Shown piece by piece: positions 1-11,631 of a DNA stretch of 48,306 nt. Every line of letters starts with the position of its first letter. Position 1 is the stretch's first letter. The stretch spans positions 1-48,306 of the forward strand of contig JAQGDQ010001306.1 of the NCBI GenBank assembly GCA_030141605.1. The letters are read 5' to 3'. The DNA is from Tubiluchus corallicola. Taxonomy: Eukaryota; Animalia; Priapulida. The notes under the pieces were generated by a model. That model had not been told where the DNA came from. It worked only from the letters and a program-made list of their open reading frames with translations, and ran no database searches. The translations under genes and the position numbers were made by a program.

Positions 1-268
<268 letters not shown>

Positions 269-483
269 TATATATATCCATATTCTATTTCTATGAGACA
301 CCGCACAGAGAATCAAAGGTTTGTGAATGCTACTGCACAGAGTGAGCATTTAACCCATGTCACTTACACAAAGCACGAATGCACCTTATCCACTAAGTGT
401 TGCATATTAATTAACATTTTAGCTGTGTGTTGTAAAGTTTTGCCTTTGTTACAGTGTTAAGTCAACTATGTCGCTAATTACAG

Positions 484-618
484 GTGAGAGAGGTACGATC
501 GCAGCTGAAAGAGATCATGGATCAACAAAAGATGGAGCTAGTGTCAAGCGGTACTGATTGGGACGTTGTACGTAAATGCATCTGTTCGTCTTACTTCCAT
601 CAAGCAGCAAGATTGAAG
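484..618 (+). CDS. DHX38: DHX38/PRP16 pre-mRNA splicing DEAH helicase, internal exon (upstream exons lie outside the window)
   Basis: AG at 482-483 and GT at 619; 45 codons [45 protein letters not shown], recognisable as the PRP16 C-terminal region. Confidence 0.93.
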
Positions 619-830
619 GTATGTAACTCAGTAACAGAAATCTCTTTGTCTGAAGTGTTCAAAATTTTCATTTATGGGTCTAAAAATGCTTTGGAACCAA
701 AACGAGGCTCCATTCATGTTGGTTGTGCATTTTTACCGACACCCCAAGCAGAGACGAATAAACTGCCCAAGGTGTGTTCAATGTCCAATAAGTACTAAAT
801 TGGTAATGAGAAACAGCCAAGTTGTTTCCA

Positions 831-1000
831 TTAGATTAGATTAGATTTAATAGATTTATTTCGCACTAAACATATACATTACATGTGCATCGATAATCAG
901 TTTTTGTTAATACAAAAATATGATACAATTCATGAATTCTGCGCTAGAGACCTAAGAAGCTAGCTTATGATAGCCCGCTAGAATTAGTTACGAAAAAAAT
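831..1000 (-). mobile_element. Probable L2/CR1-type LINE 3' end remnant
   Basis: (TTAGA)n tail at 831-846 and TTTATT, followed by a stem-loop with inner AAGCTAGCTT at 957-966; same layout as other LINE tails in the window. Confidence 0.45.
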
Positions 1001-1314
1001 TACAATATATACAGATACAATATTACAATATATACAAATATAAATACGGGTGGAAGTAATATTATTATACTATATTAATATTATATATTATTAGTATAAT
1101 TTTGGCTAGAGAACTTTCCCGTACATCTATGAACAAAACTACTATTTCATTGCCGTTCAATATAGTTGGCAAAATCGTTAATTGCTAATGGTATCTTGCA
1201 CATCAGTAGTGCGGAAGTTCATTGCTAATCAGAAGTTCCGTTTGCATCAAGCATGTGTTTGATAAATTGTTTCTCTATTTGCATTCGTGTTTTTCTTGTT
1301 TTAGTTGACTTGTT

Positions 1315-1668
1315 CAGGGATGAGAATTTTCCACGGATACGCGGAATTCCGAGTTTTTGGAAGACCAGTAGTGCCATTTTTGTAAATCGCGTAAATTCGT
1401 TGAGAAAATTTTTACGGATCTAGTACATTATTTCACAAACTGACCGCTAGTTGGCAGGCAGTCACTTTGTTTACATCACGTACATCAGTGTAACCACGTG
1501 TATATCTCTATGTATAAAAATATCCACTTAGAGGCTCTCTATGGTTACAAAATTGCACTTTGTTGCTGGCTCCAAGGCTACGACAATTGAACCCCATTGG
1601 GGGCCTAACTGGCCCCAAAACCCCCGGCCTGTTTCAGAGTTTTTTGGAATTTGTCCTTCTCATCGCTG
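1315..1668. mobile_element. Non-autonomous DNA transposon (MITE), copy 1; CAG..CTG ends with 6-bp TSD (hAT6-like)
   Basis: TIR CAGGGATGAGAA / TTCTCATCGCTG; TSD CTTGTT at 1309-1314 and 1669-1674; highly similar second copy at 11632-12092. Confidence 0.85.
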
Positions 1669-1704
1669 CTTGTTTTAATTCGCTGTGCTTTTTCTTATGT
1701 TCAG

Positions 1705-1830
1705 GGTATTGGTGAATATGTCAATTGTCGTACGGGAATGCCGTGCCATCTTCACCCGACTTCGGCGCTGTTTGGAATGGGATACACCCCAGACTATGTT
1801 GTCTACCACGAGCTCATCATGACCTCCAAG
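1705..1830 (+). CDS. DHX38: DHX38/PRP16 internal exon (OB-fold region)
   Basis: Pyrimidine tract plus CAG, then [42 protein letters not shown], then GT at 1831; phase 0 on both sides. Confidence 0.95.
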
Positions 1831-1955
1831 GTATGCCAACGTGTAATGTTTTAATGACTATGTATCTATCTGCATTGTTTGAGAGCATTGTACACTAAAT
1901 TTTGTTATCCCTTGTTAAATCCTCTGAGAGACAGTGAAATGACATTGTAGATGTT

Positions 1956-2235
1956 ATAATAAGAATAATAATAATAATAATCTTTATTTAAAGTTGGCTT
2001 TTGGGTCAACAATTAACATTAGCTCAAAGAGCTATTATCGCCGACTGTACATAACAACCTACAACTACATAACAGAGACTATTATTACCCCACTTTTACC
2101 CTTAATACCACGCGTCAGGCAGGGCAACAGCAGGTACCATTTTTAAAGTCTTTGGTATGACCCGGCCGCTGGTTCGAACTCACGACCTCCCAGACGGAAA
2201 GCAGACGCATTACCACTAGACTAAACCGTCTGGTC
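1956..2235 (-). mobile_element. tRNA-derived SINE, copy 1
   Basis: Reverse complement of 16623-16885; A box TAGTCTAGTGG, B box GAGTTCGAACC, (ATT)n tail. Confidence 0.88.
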
Positions 2236-2263
2236 TGAATTAATCAATATGTTGCCATTATTA

Positions 2264-2556
2264 TGGCTCGTTCACACTAGCAAGTTTTCTCTCTGACAGC
2301 AAACTTGCAAGTGTGAACTGCTTTGCTAGTTACTGTTGGCAAGTTATCGCAAACGCTCTGTCAATTACTGTGAGTTGTTTTCCTATGAACTACTGTCTAG
2401 GGTGAATGCCAGTGGGTGAGTTACCCTCAACACTTCTTGCAGGAGTGGAGAAAGGAGCGTCAGCTTGCACTTCCTGTTGGAGAGTAACCCACAGCAAGTT
2501 TTGCCGTCTAGTCTGAACATGCTTTGGCGAGAAAATGTGCTAGTGCAGACGTGCCG
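2264..2556. mobile_element. PIF/Harbinger-like MITE
   Basis: Imperfect ~27-bp TIR (GGCTCGTTCACACTAGCAAGTTTTCTC vs reverse complement GGCACGTCTGCACTAGCACATTTTCTC); TTA TSD at 2261-2263 and 2557-2559. Confidence 0.65.
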
Positions 2557-2631
2557 TTACGTTTGTGTAGTTGTCGCTGTGCATCATAATTAAAAATTCC
2601 AAAGCTTACAGAGATTATGACACTTTTTCAG

Positions 2632-2727
2632 GAATACATGCAGTGTGTTACAGCAGTGGATGGACATTGGCTAGCAGAGCTCGGACCCATGTTCTTCAGT
2701 GTGAAAGAATCTGGCAAATCTCGGGAG
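2632..2727 (+). CDS. DHX38: DHX38/PRP16 penultimate coding exon (in a different frame from the ORF track)
   Basis: TTTTTCAG, then [32 protein letters not shown], then GT at 2728; phase 0. Confidence 0.95.
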
Positions 2728-2736
2728 GTATGGTAC

Positions 2737-2925
2737 CTATTTATTTATTTATTATTTATTAGGCACGAGAAATAAATATATACATTTTATACATGAGTAA
2801 ATGTAAATAGTGGAAAATTATATAGTCATGATCAATACGAAGGCTGTGCCTACCACTGTGTACCATGGATGACAGTAAGAACTAAATCCTCAAACAGGTT
2901 ACTGTCTGTCATCCATCCAGTAATA
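2737..2925 (-). mobile_element. 5'-truncated LINE 3' end with (TAAA)n tail and stem-loop
   Basis: Homologous to 40135-40320; hairpin GATGACAGTAA...TTACTGTC. Confidence 0.65.
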
Positions 2926-3646
2926 GGCACATAGAGTAGGGTACCCTATAGGCACATAGAGTAGGGTACCCTATAGGCACATAGAGTGGGATACCCTATA
3001 GGCACATAGAGTAGGATACCCTATAGGCACATAGAGTAGGGTACCCTATAGGCACATAGAGTGGGATACCCTATAGGCACATAGAGTGGGATACCCTATA
3101 GGCACATAGAGTAGGGTACCCTATAGGCACATAGAGTAGGATACCCTATAGGCACATGGAGTAGGGTACCCTATAGGCACATAGAGTAGGGTACCTATAG
3201 GCACATAGAGTAGGGTACCCTATAGGCACATAGAGTAGGGTACCCTATAGGCACATGGAGTAGGGTACCCTATAGGCACATAGAGTAGGGTACCCTATAG
3301 GCACATAGAGTAGGGTACCCTATAGGCACATAGAGTAGGATACCCTATAGGCACATGGAGTAGGGTACCCTATAGGCACATAGAGTAGGGTACCCTATAG
3401 GCACATAGAGTAGGGTACCCTATAGGCACATAGAGTAGGGTACCTATAGGCACATAGAGTATTGTACCCTATAGGCACATAGAGTAGGGTACCTATAGGC
3501 ACATGGAGTAGGGTACCCTATAGGCACATAGAGTGGGATACCCTATAGGCACATAGAGTAGGATACCCTATAGGCACATAGAGTAGGATACCCTATAGGC
3601 ACATGGAGTAGGGTACCCTATAGGCACATAGAGTAGGATTCCCTAT
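2922..3646. repeat. 25-bp minisatellite, about 29 copies
   Basis: Unit ATAGGCACATAGAGTAGGGTACCCT; each repeat carries the palindrome TAGGGTACCCTA. Confidence 0.97.
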
Positions 3647-4186
3647 AATATGCAATTGTACGCTTTTGTATATGTAGTTTTATTTGAAATTATGCATTAT
3701 GGTAATTTATTAAGACCAAGAAGATGAGTTATCGTTTTGACAAAACTGCTGTTTAGTGGGTTGCACAAAGAGCATCAGTAAATGCAGTCCAAAGGCCCCT
3801 GGTTCAAATACAAACTTAGTCCCAACTTTTTCATATTTCCTGTTTTTAAGCCAAGATTACATTTCTTAAGTTTGTGTACTAGCAAAAGTTGAAAAATTTA
3901 GTAAAATTTGAATAAACAAGATTAAAGTCTTCTCACGATGAAAATATCTTTAAACAAGATGCTTTGTTAATGAAGGAGCGCAACAGGAATCCTAAAGAGA
4001 TTTTCACGTACAAGCGCTTGTCACATATTCTGAGATTTCCACGCGCGGACCTTTAGCATTTCTGTAATAGTAGTAGCATGTCCTGTCGGACCCTGACTGA
4101 CCGAATCATTTATTTCAACCACTTGTTGAAGCACCTAAGTTTGATTCTAGAATACTAGGATCGAGTCACATCGGAGACGGGATTCT

Positions 4187-5454
4187 TTACTTTGTTCTTG
4201 CTGGTGTGCACTTCTTTGCCCACCACTCGTTCAACTGCTTTCCAGTGTATGCGTCCGTGCGTTTTAATGGTTGTTCGTGCAACTTTCTACACAAATCACA
4301 CCACTGTGTCGGATAGACAGGCACATGATCCTTAGCACCGTGTAATTCCATCGGATTTGGAAATCGCATAAAAGCTTTATATTTCGTTTTCCAGGCGAGG
4401 TAACTGTAATATTCACTATCGTTCATGTTTTTTAAATACTCTGCCAGATGCTTTGGTGAAGCAAAATCTTCTATGTTAATGTAAGAATGTGGCGGAAGAA
4501 TGTTGCTGTAGTCAATGCCACCCAAAACAATTGGAACCACGTTGTACATCATTGGACCAAAAACCTTCTCTGTAACATAGTCAACACATCTGGAATTCTC
4601 AAATGCCAGGTAGAATTTGTAATTTTTTTCGAGCATCTTGTAGCATTTCTGCATGCCGCGACACTTAAGTGTACCACACCTACCGTACTTGTCTATCTTG
4701 ATGTGCTTTTCTAATTCCTTAACGTAATTTTCTCGCTTGCTGGACGTTCTACAATTAGTGACAAACCAAGCAACAAGTTTCGTTTTGTTTAATGCAAGGT
4801 TTTCGCTCACAAGTGTTTTTTGTTCTGAAGTGTTAAGCGTTTGTGGTACGATTTCACCATAACGTTGAACAATGTCTGAATCTAATCTATAAGTCATTGT
4901 CCAGTTAAAAATTGTGTCTAAAGACACCAACTTAGTTTGTGTATACACAGGTGATTCATCAAATAAAACACCCACACTTGGTTGGAAGGACGATACGTAG
5001 GTGTTTTGTCCCACTTGCTTCTTAGATGTACTATAACTGCGTCGCTCAAATTTAAGAGAGATTTGTCGTTTGTGGTATAGCAATTGGAATACTCTGCTGG
5101 ACAGTGTTTTAAAAATGGTTTTCTTCCAAAACCAAACATGAAGTCAAAGCCCACTTTTAATGCATATAATGAATTCCAGTACAAAATCAATTTGGTTCCA
5201 TTCGTGCTTCTTAACTTTGAAAATTCTCGTAATTTTGTCTCGGTGGTAATAATGCTTGGCTTTGGCAAATCTGCAAATGATTGCTTCACTCGTTTGCCTT
5301 CTGAACTCGCGGTGTTCAATTGCACGGGACTTGCCACAAATAACGCAAGCACGATCAAACACGCAGCCGTCAGCAGGAAGAGAAATTGTTTTTGATACAA
5401 TCGGAATAACTCATAATCAGACACTGTAATACACCTTGAAATTCCTAATGACAT
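4187..5454 (-). pseudogene. Intronless alpha-1,3/4-fucosyltransferase (GT10 family), frameshifted near 4957; either a pseudogene or an assembly indel
   Basis: ORF 4918-5454 gives the N-terminal TM anchor and LILYWN/SDAVIVH/QVWVFY. ORF 4187-5083 gives ESP, FNWTMTYRLDSDI, VAWFVTNC, the motif YKFYLAFENSRCVDYVTEK and C-terminal CDLC. One extra G (TTG ATG [G]AA TCA CCT) joins them into about 422 aa. Confidence 0.88.
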
Positions 5455-5688
5455 GATATTGTGAATGACGTATGCGCTTTGTACTATAACATACAGCTAC
5501 AGTGTTACTCTGGGCTTTGTTTTATTTGCTAAGCCTGTGCCACGTACTGAACTGTACACGTAATAAATAGGACGCCTGAATCAAATAGTTCAGTGAACTG
5601 CCGTTCAATTTGTATTCCGTCTGGCCCGCAAGAATATTTTAATAAAGTGAAAAGTTGCTATAGCTGTAGGCACTGCAATGTTATTATT

Positions 5689-6290
5689 CAGTCATTTGCA
5701 AAAGTTTAAGACCAAGCTCGAGTTTTCGGGATTTTCATCATAATGTACCCTGATTGCATAATACTGCTAGTGGTTTGAAATAGTACATCTAGTGAGTATG
5801 AGTGACTCATTTGCCTGCTGCTATCCATACAGATTGGGCGTTTTTGTATTTTTCTTGGGATCCAAAAAATGGGCAAAAAATCGTCATTGAGTGAGACTCA
5901 GAGGGTTCAAATCGTGACTTTACATCAAAAAGGATATACTGAAAGGGCGATAAGTGCTAGATTACGGTTTTCCAAGACAGTCGTGCACCAAGCTATCATC
6001 AAATGCGAGACTGATGGCACTTACAGCGATAGGAAATGGTCTGGACGTCCGCAGAAGACTACCTAAAGAGACGACCACATCATGAGACGCATGGTGGTAC
6101 GCTCGCCTATGAGCTCCTGTAAGAAGATTCAGGGTCAGATGCGCTTGACAGGCTTGGAATTGAGTGCCAGTACAGTTGCTAGGCGTTTGAGCAAGAAGTT
6201 TGGCCTTAAATCCAGAAAGCCGACCCGTAAGCCAGGCCTAACACCAGTAATGAAATGGAAGAGACTGAACTTTGCAAAACGACATCTATA
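5689..6290 (+). mobile_element. Truncated, inactivated Tc1-family transposon (left TIR plus HTH part of the transposase)
   Basis: Putative TIR CAGTCATTTGCAAAAGTTTAAGACCA at 5689; ORFs 5869-6066 and 6082 onward share a frame and are split by TAA at 6064-6066; GRP..T motif and KP.LT..MK.KRLNFAK; no DDE domain follows. Confidence 0.85.
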
Positions 6291-6301
6291 TATCAGTGGC
6301 A

Positions 6302-7668
6302 GTCATCATCATCATCCAATGAATCATATGTCCAAGGACATGATTCTGTTCACCTCCCTATGCCAGATCATCATCATCATCCAATGAATCATATGTCCAA
6401 GGACATGATTCTGTTCACCTCCCTATGCCAGATCATCAGCACCATCCAATGAATCATATGTCCAAGGAAATGATTCTGTTCACCTCCCTATGCCAGATCA
6501 TCAGCATCATCCAATGAATCATATGTCCAAGGACATGATTCTGTTCACCTCCCTTTGCCAGATCATCATCATCATCCAATGAATCATATGTCCAAGGACA
6601 TGATTCTGTTCACCTCAATATGCCAGATCATCATCATCATCCAATGAATCACATGTCCAAGGACATGATTCTGTTCACCTCCCTATGCCAGATCATCATC
6701 ATCATCCAATGAATCATATGTCCAAGGACATGATTCTGTTCACCTCCCTATGCCAGATCATCATCATCATCCAATGAATCATATGTCCAAGGACATGATT
6801 CTGTTCACCTCCCTATGCCAGATCATCATCATCATCCAATGAATCATATGTCCAAGGACATGATTCTGTTCACCTCCCTATGCCAGATCATCAGCATCAT
6901 CCAATGAATCATATGTCCAAGGACATGATTCTGTTCACCTCCCTTTGCCAGATCATCATCATCATCCAATGAATCATATGTCCAAGGACATGATTCTGTT
7001 CACCTCCCTATGCCAGATCATCAGCATCATCCAATGAATCATATGTCCAAGGACATGATTCTGTTCACCTCCCTTTGCCAGATCATCATCATCATCCAAT
7101 GAATCATATGCCCAAGGACATGATTCTGTTCACCTCCCTATGCCAGATTATCATCATCATCCAATGAATCGTATGTCCAGGGACATGATTCTGCTCACCT
7201 CCCTATGCCAGGACTCCCTGCTTGCCGCAATGCCCCAAGTGCATTTGTTTCTAAGGATCAATGCTGAAGTGTTTGAAGTTTCTGTGCAAAATCTAAATAT
7301 GTTAACATTTGTCCTCCTGCAGGTTTTTTAGCTGGTTCTATGGCTTGTTGAAGAGCTATCTTCACTGGAATATCATCAGGTAGTCTAAGCATATGCCCAA
7401 TTCATCTTAAACGGCGTCTTTTTATTTTTCTTGTCCAAGGTTCTTCTTTTATTTTTTCATATAGATCTTTGTTTGAAATTTTCTTTGGCCATCTAATACC
7501 CAAAATGTTTCTGTAATTTTGCCTTTGAAACGCATCGATTTCAGCTTTATGATTTGCTTTTAATGTCCAGAGCTCAGAGTTATACAGAAATACAGTTTCA
7601 ACTAAGGCTGAGAATATTCTAATTTTTGTTTCCAAAGAGATCTTCCTATTCTCAGAAACAATTGTCAG
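6302..7668 (-). mobile_element. 5'-truncated RTE-like LINE, copy A, with a tandem-array 3' tail
   Basis: ORF2 C-terminus ELWTL..IDAFQR..RNILGIRW..ISN..LY..RRRLR*IGHMLR and AASRESW; candidate TSD CAGTGGCA at 6294-6301 and 7669-7676. Confidence 0.8.
6304..7210. repeat. 65-bp tandem array, about 14 copies, equal to the RTE 3' end plus (GAT)n tail
   Basis: Unit CCAATGAATCATATGTCCAAGGACATGATTCTGTTCACCTCCCTATGCCAGATCATCATCATCAT. Confidence 0.97.
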
Positions 7669-8534
7669 CAGTGGCAACGTAGCAGACGACAGTTCAACAA
7701 TAACAGCAATCTTTTTAAGCTCATTTTGTACGTTTTTTGGACTTCAATGTTTTGTAGCTTTTATATCTTCTTTTTACACAACAGAGGACACCACCGCTTT
7801 TTGTTTTCAAAGCTAGATTCCTCAATTGCAGGTGGCATGTGTAAGTATTACAGCTACTGGCTCAGGCGTCAGTTAATTTGCATATTAAGCATGACCGTAG
7901 AGTCTCGTCATGCAGGCCAGTCGGAATAGCATTTTCATGACGGGAGATTCTCATCATACAGGCAGTGAAGTGGTTAAACATTTACTAACAATATAGTTTC
8001 ACATATAAATTCATGAATTAAAAGTTAATTTTAGGTAAACGTGGCTGCCGCTAGATGGCAGATAGACCTTCCTGCAGGCCCTTTGTCTCATCCTTGTCTA
8101 TGACATGCAACATAGGAGTTTTGGTTTCTTCCAAAAATTCTTTATTCATGAGAAATTCTTTCTTCCTTAGAAATCCAAATTGACAACTTTGGCAGGATAG
8201 ACTACTGTATTGTGAAAGAATTTCTATAGTATCCATTAGGGGCCTATATTATACTGAAGATTTGGTCTTATTTTTGCTATGTTTTATTCCATGCTACTGC
8301 TTGTGGTATGAGTAACTGTTATTTTACATAGCATTGCGCTGCTGTTGAAAAAGCCTATATATTTAAATAAGTTGCTACTAGCCTTGCACATATTGAACAA
8401 CATAGAAATGTTCTTGGCTGGCTGATATCTTTCAAATACCCTATCTTTCAGATCCACGATGACTTCAGCCAAATAAATGTTATCTTGTTTGTGTTTTGTA
8501 GATTATGTAGAAGTTAATGATTTTGTAGCGTTGT

Positions 8535-10750
8535 TGTAATGTGCTCTCGACAGGAACACACCTGGGCCTTGGGTGCTCCAGCCCTTGTGTGCTCTCGACA
8601 GCCACATGCCTGGACCTTGGGTGCTCCAGCCCTTGTGTGCTCTCGACAGGGACACACCTGGACCTTGGGTGCTCCAGCCCTTGTGTGCTCTCGACAGGAA
8701 CACACCTGGACCTTGGGTGGTCCAGCCCTTGTGTGTTCTCGACAGGCACACACCTGGACCTTGGGTGCTCCAGCCCTTGTGTGTTCTCGACAGGCACACA
8801 CCTGGACCTTGGGTGGTCCAGCCCTTGTGTGTTCTCGACAGGAACACACCTGGACCTTGGGTGCTCCAGCCCTTGTGTGCTCTCGACAGGGACACATCTG
8901 GGCCTGGGGTGCTCCAGCCCTTGTGTGTTCTCGACAGGAACACACCTGGACCTTGGGTGCTCCAGCCCTTGTGTGCTCTCGACAGGAACACACCTGGACC
9001 TTGGGTGCTCCAGCCCTTGTGTGCTCTCGACAGGAACACACCTGGACCTTGGGTGGTCCAGCCCTTGTGTGTTCTCGACAGGAACACACCTGGACCTTGG
9101 GTGCTCCAGCCCTTGTGTGCTCTCGACAGGAACACACCTGGACCTTGGGTGCTCCAGCCCTTGTGTGTTCTCGACAGGCACACACCTGGACCTTGGGTGG
9201 TCCAGCCCTTGTGTGCTCTCGACAAGAACACACCTGGACCTTGGGTGGTCCAGCCCTTGTGTGCACTCGACAGGAACACACCTGGACCTTGGGTGCTCCA
9301 GCCCTTGTGTGCTCTCGACAGGAACACACCTGGACCTTGGGTGGTCCAGCCCTTGTGTGTTCTCGACAGGAACACACCTGGACCTTGGGTGCTCCAGCCC
9401 TCGTGTGTTCTCGACAGGCACACACCTGGACCTTGGATGCTCCAGCCCTTGTGTGTTCTCGACAGGAACACACCTGGGCCTGGGGTGCTCCAGCCCTTGT
9501 GTGTTCTCGACAGGCACACACCTGGACCTTGGGTGCTCCAGCCCTTGTGTGTTCTCGACAGGCACACACCTGGACCTTGGGTGCTCCAGCCCTTGTGTGT
9601 TCTCGACAGGAACACACCTGGGCCTTGGGTGCTCCAGCCCTTGTGTGTTCTCGACAGGCACACACCTGGACCTTGGGTGCTCCAGCCCTTGTGTGTTCTC
9701 GACAGGAACACACCTGGACCTTGGGTGCCCCAGCCCTCGTGTGCTCTCGACAGGCACACACCTGGACCTTGGGTGCTCCAGCCCTTGTGTGCTCTCGACA
9801 GGCACACACCTGGACCTTGGGTGCTCCAGCCCTTGTGTGCTCTCGACAGGGACACACCTGGACCTTGGGTGCTCCAGCCCTTGTGTGTTCTCGACAGGAA
9901 CACACCTGGACCTTGGGTGCTCCAGCCCTTGTGTGTTCTCGACAGGAACATAATATAATTTTTAATTAATGTTTTTATTAGATTTCAAAAGACGAACCAT
10001 CCTGTCACCATGATAATATTAACTGTAAAATAGTTTTCACATATTGTATTATTTGCATCATTTGATTTGGTAATCTTTTTTTATACAAATCACTCCAAAC
10101 AGGGTCAAATACACGCCCAGTAAAAATAAGAACAAACAACGAATCGCCCATAAGCTGATAGTACTGTAAGAAAGTTTTATTTTAAACATTTTTCTCCAAT
10201 AAAATTGTTAAGCCGTCTGTCGCTTATTGTACCGAGTACGCGATTGTAGTATTATGTGACCCATTTAATTGTCACTCTGCTACACTAAAGTACTGAATTA
10301 GTCTATGCTGCCATCTACAGTTGTTCTTTTACTCTAATTGTACAAAGTTTGTCAGAGATTCAATTTGTTTCTAAATATTGTTTCCTTTTGCTTTTATAGA
10401 TAGTCATTAATCAGAGTAATTAGATTGTTAATTTCTAGCTTTAATTCTGGATCTAACTCTTATTTAAGTTTAAATAGAGAAAAATTATAACATTACAACA
10501 AAGCTTTCTGTAAACAAATAATCTTTATCTGCTATCAAAGAAGCCAAGTAGACTTTGATTTTGGTTTAACTAGTAGTCTGTAGAGTATAGGCGACCTTTC
10601 CATTTATGGTCTGTATGCATGAATGTAATGTACCTTCCAATAGGAACTTGAATCTCTGGTCATGTGATTACAGCTGTTATTCCTGTCGAGAGCACACAAG
10701 GGCTGGAGCACCCCAGGCCCAGGTGTGTCCCTGTCGAGAACACTATTACA
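8535..10750. mobile_element. Non-autonomous TIR element whose left arm is expanded into a 48-bp array
   Basis: 10681-10750 is an inverted copy of 8535-8601 (about 1.4 units plus TGTAAT/ATTACA ends); AT-rich non-coding interior; TSD not clean (TTGT vs CTGT). Confidence 0.65.
8539..9950. repeat. 48-bp GC-rich minisatellite, about 29 copies
   Basis: Unit GTGYTCTCGACAGGAACACACCTGGACCTTGGGTGCTCCAGCCCTTGT; explains all six long ORFs at this position. Confidence 0.98.
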
Positions 10751-11142
10751 CTGTTACAAGATACACGAATGAAATAAGTTAAAATGAGTCAAAACTTCAG
10801 TAGAGAAACCTTTTTTGTATTTTTAAATTAAATCCCGATTTCTTTTTTTAGCTTTGTGATTTAATTTTACTGTGATTTCTGCCGTGATTGCTATGCTGTA
10901 TTGTTAAAAGTTAATTAGATGTTCTATTTTTGGCAATTTTCGCTTGAAAAACTGCTGACGCAAAGCCATTGTTGTGGCGTCATCCATTATACTCTGCCTA
11001 TAACCTTAAACTTTAATTCACTAAAAGCTGCTGCTGGCTCTGCGTTATAAATGAGGACTATGTAGGATGTTCGCGTATTTTTGATTATAAGTGTGTTTAT
11101 TTGCAAAATTTTTATAGTAACATATCAAACGTTTATTTATAG

Positions 11143-11334
11143 GAAAAGCAGAAAGTAAGGGAGGACATGACCAGTATGGAAGAGGAAATGGCTAGAGCAG
11201 AGGAGCAACTAAAGAGGAGAAAAGAGGAGCTGGAAAGGAGTGCAGCGTCAGCTAGTCAGCGATCGGTCATCGCGACACCCGGACGAAGTGTTCCAAAAAC
11301 TCCACGACGAACACCGTCGCATTTCGGATTGTAG
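11143..11334 (+). CDS. DHX38: DHX38/PRP16 terminal coding exon (frame missed by the ORF track)
   Basis: TTTATAG, then EKQKVREDMTSMEEEMARAEEQLKRRKEELERSAASASQRSVIATPGRSVPKTPRRTPSHFGL and TAG; matches the known PRP16 end (MEEEM..AEEQL, TPGR, TPRRTP..FGL). Confidence 0.93.
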   Translation, partial: EKQKVREDMTSMEEEMARAEEQLKRRKEELERSAASASQRSVIATPGRSVPKTPRRTPSHFGL

Positions 11335-11598
11335 TATAAGCTTTTTGTACATGGATCTAGTTTTAGTGCTATCTAATAATTTTACTATCATGGATTTTAC
11401 TATTATCAAAGAAAATGTATGTAAAAAGTATTGTAGGTTCATTACGTATTGTTGTGTTCTGTACTTAAGTGTGCAAGTTTCCTACTCTGACTCCACTGAC
11501 TAATAGTAAATTCTAACTTAGAGAAAAGCAAATTTCATTTTCTTTAAATAGTCTAGACTTTGTATGTAAAATTTGTACATAAAATGTTTAAAAGTACT

Positions 11599-11604
11599 AA
11601 TAAA
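11599..11604 (+). promoter_or_regulatory. Candidate DHX38 polyadenylation signal
   Basis: AATAAA about 265 nt after the stop codon. Confidence 0.45.
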
Positions 11605-11631
11605 ATTGAGCAGTACTGGTGGTGTAATTCA

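Noticed and set aside
4950-4965. Programmed frameshift or small intron explaining the GT10 break
   Set aside because: No clear slippery heptamer or GT-AG intron, and a single added base restores the conserved ESP motif.
8051-8472. Two short minus-strand ORFs that look slightly protein-like
   Set aside because: No recognisable motif and interrupted by stops; a translated search would be needed to call a TE or gene relic.
8480-9969. Six 440-480 aa ORFs, one in every frame
   Set aside because: The 48-bp unit is a multiple of three and has no stop in any frame; it is intronic tandem DNA with no evidence of coding.
11240-11503. ORF-track proteins at 2571-2762 and 11240-11503
   Set aside because: Wrong frames overlapping true DHX38 exons.
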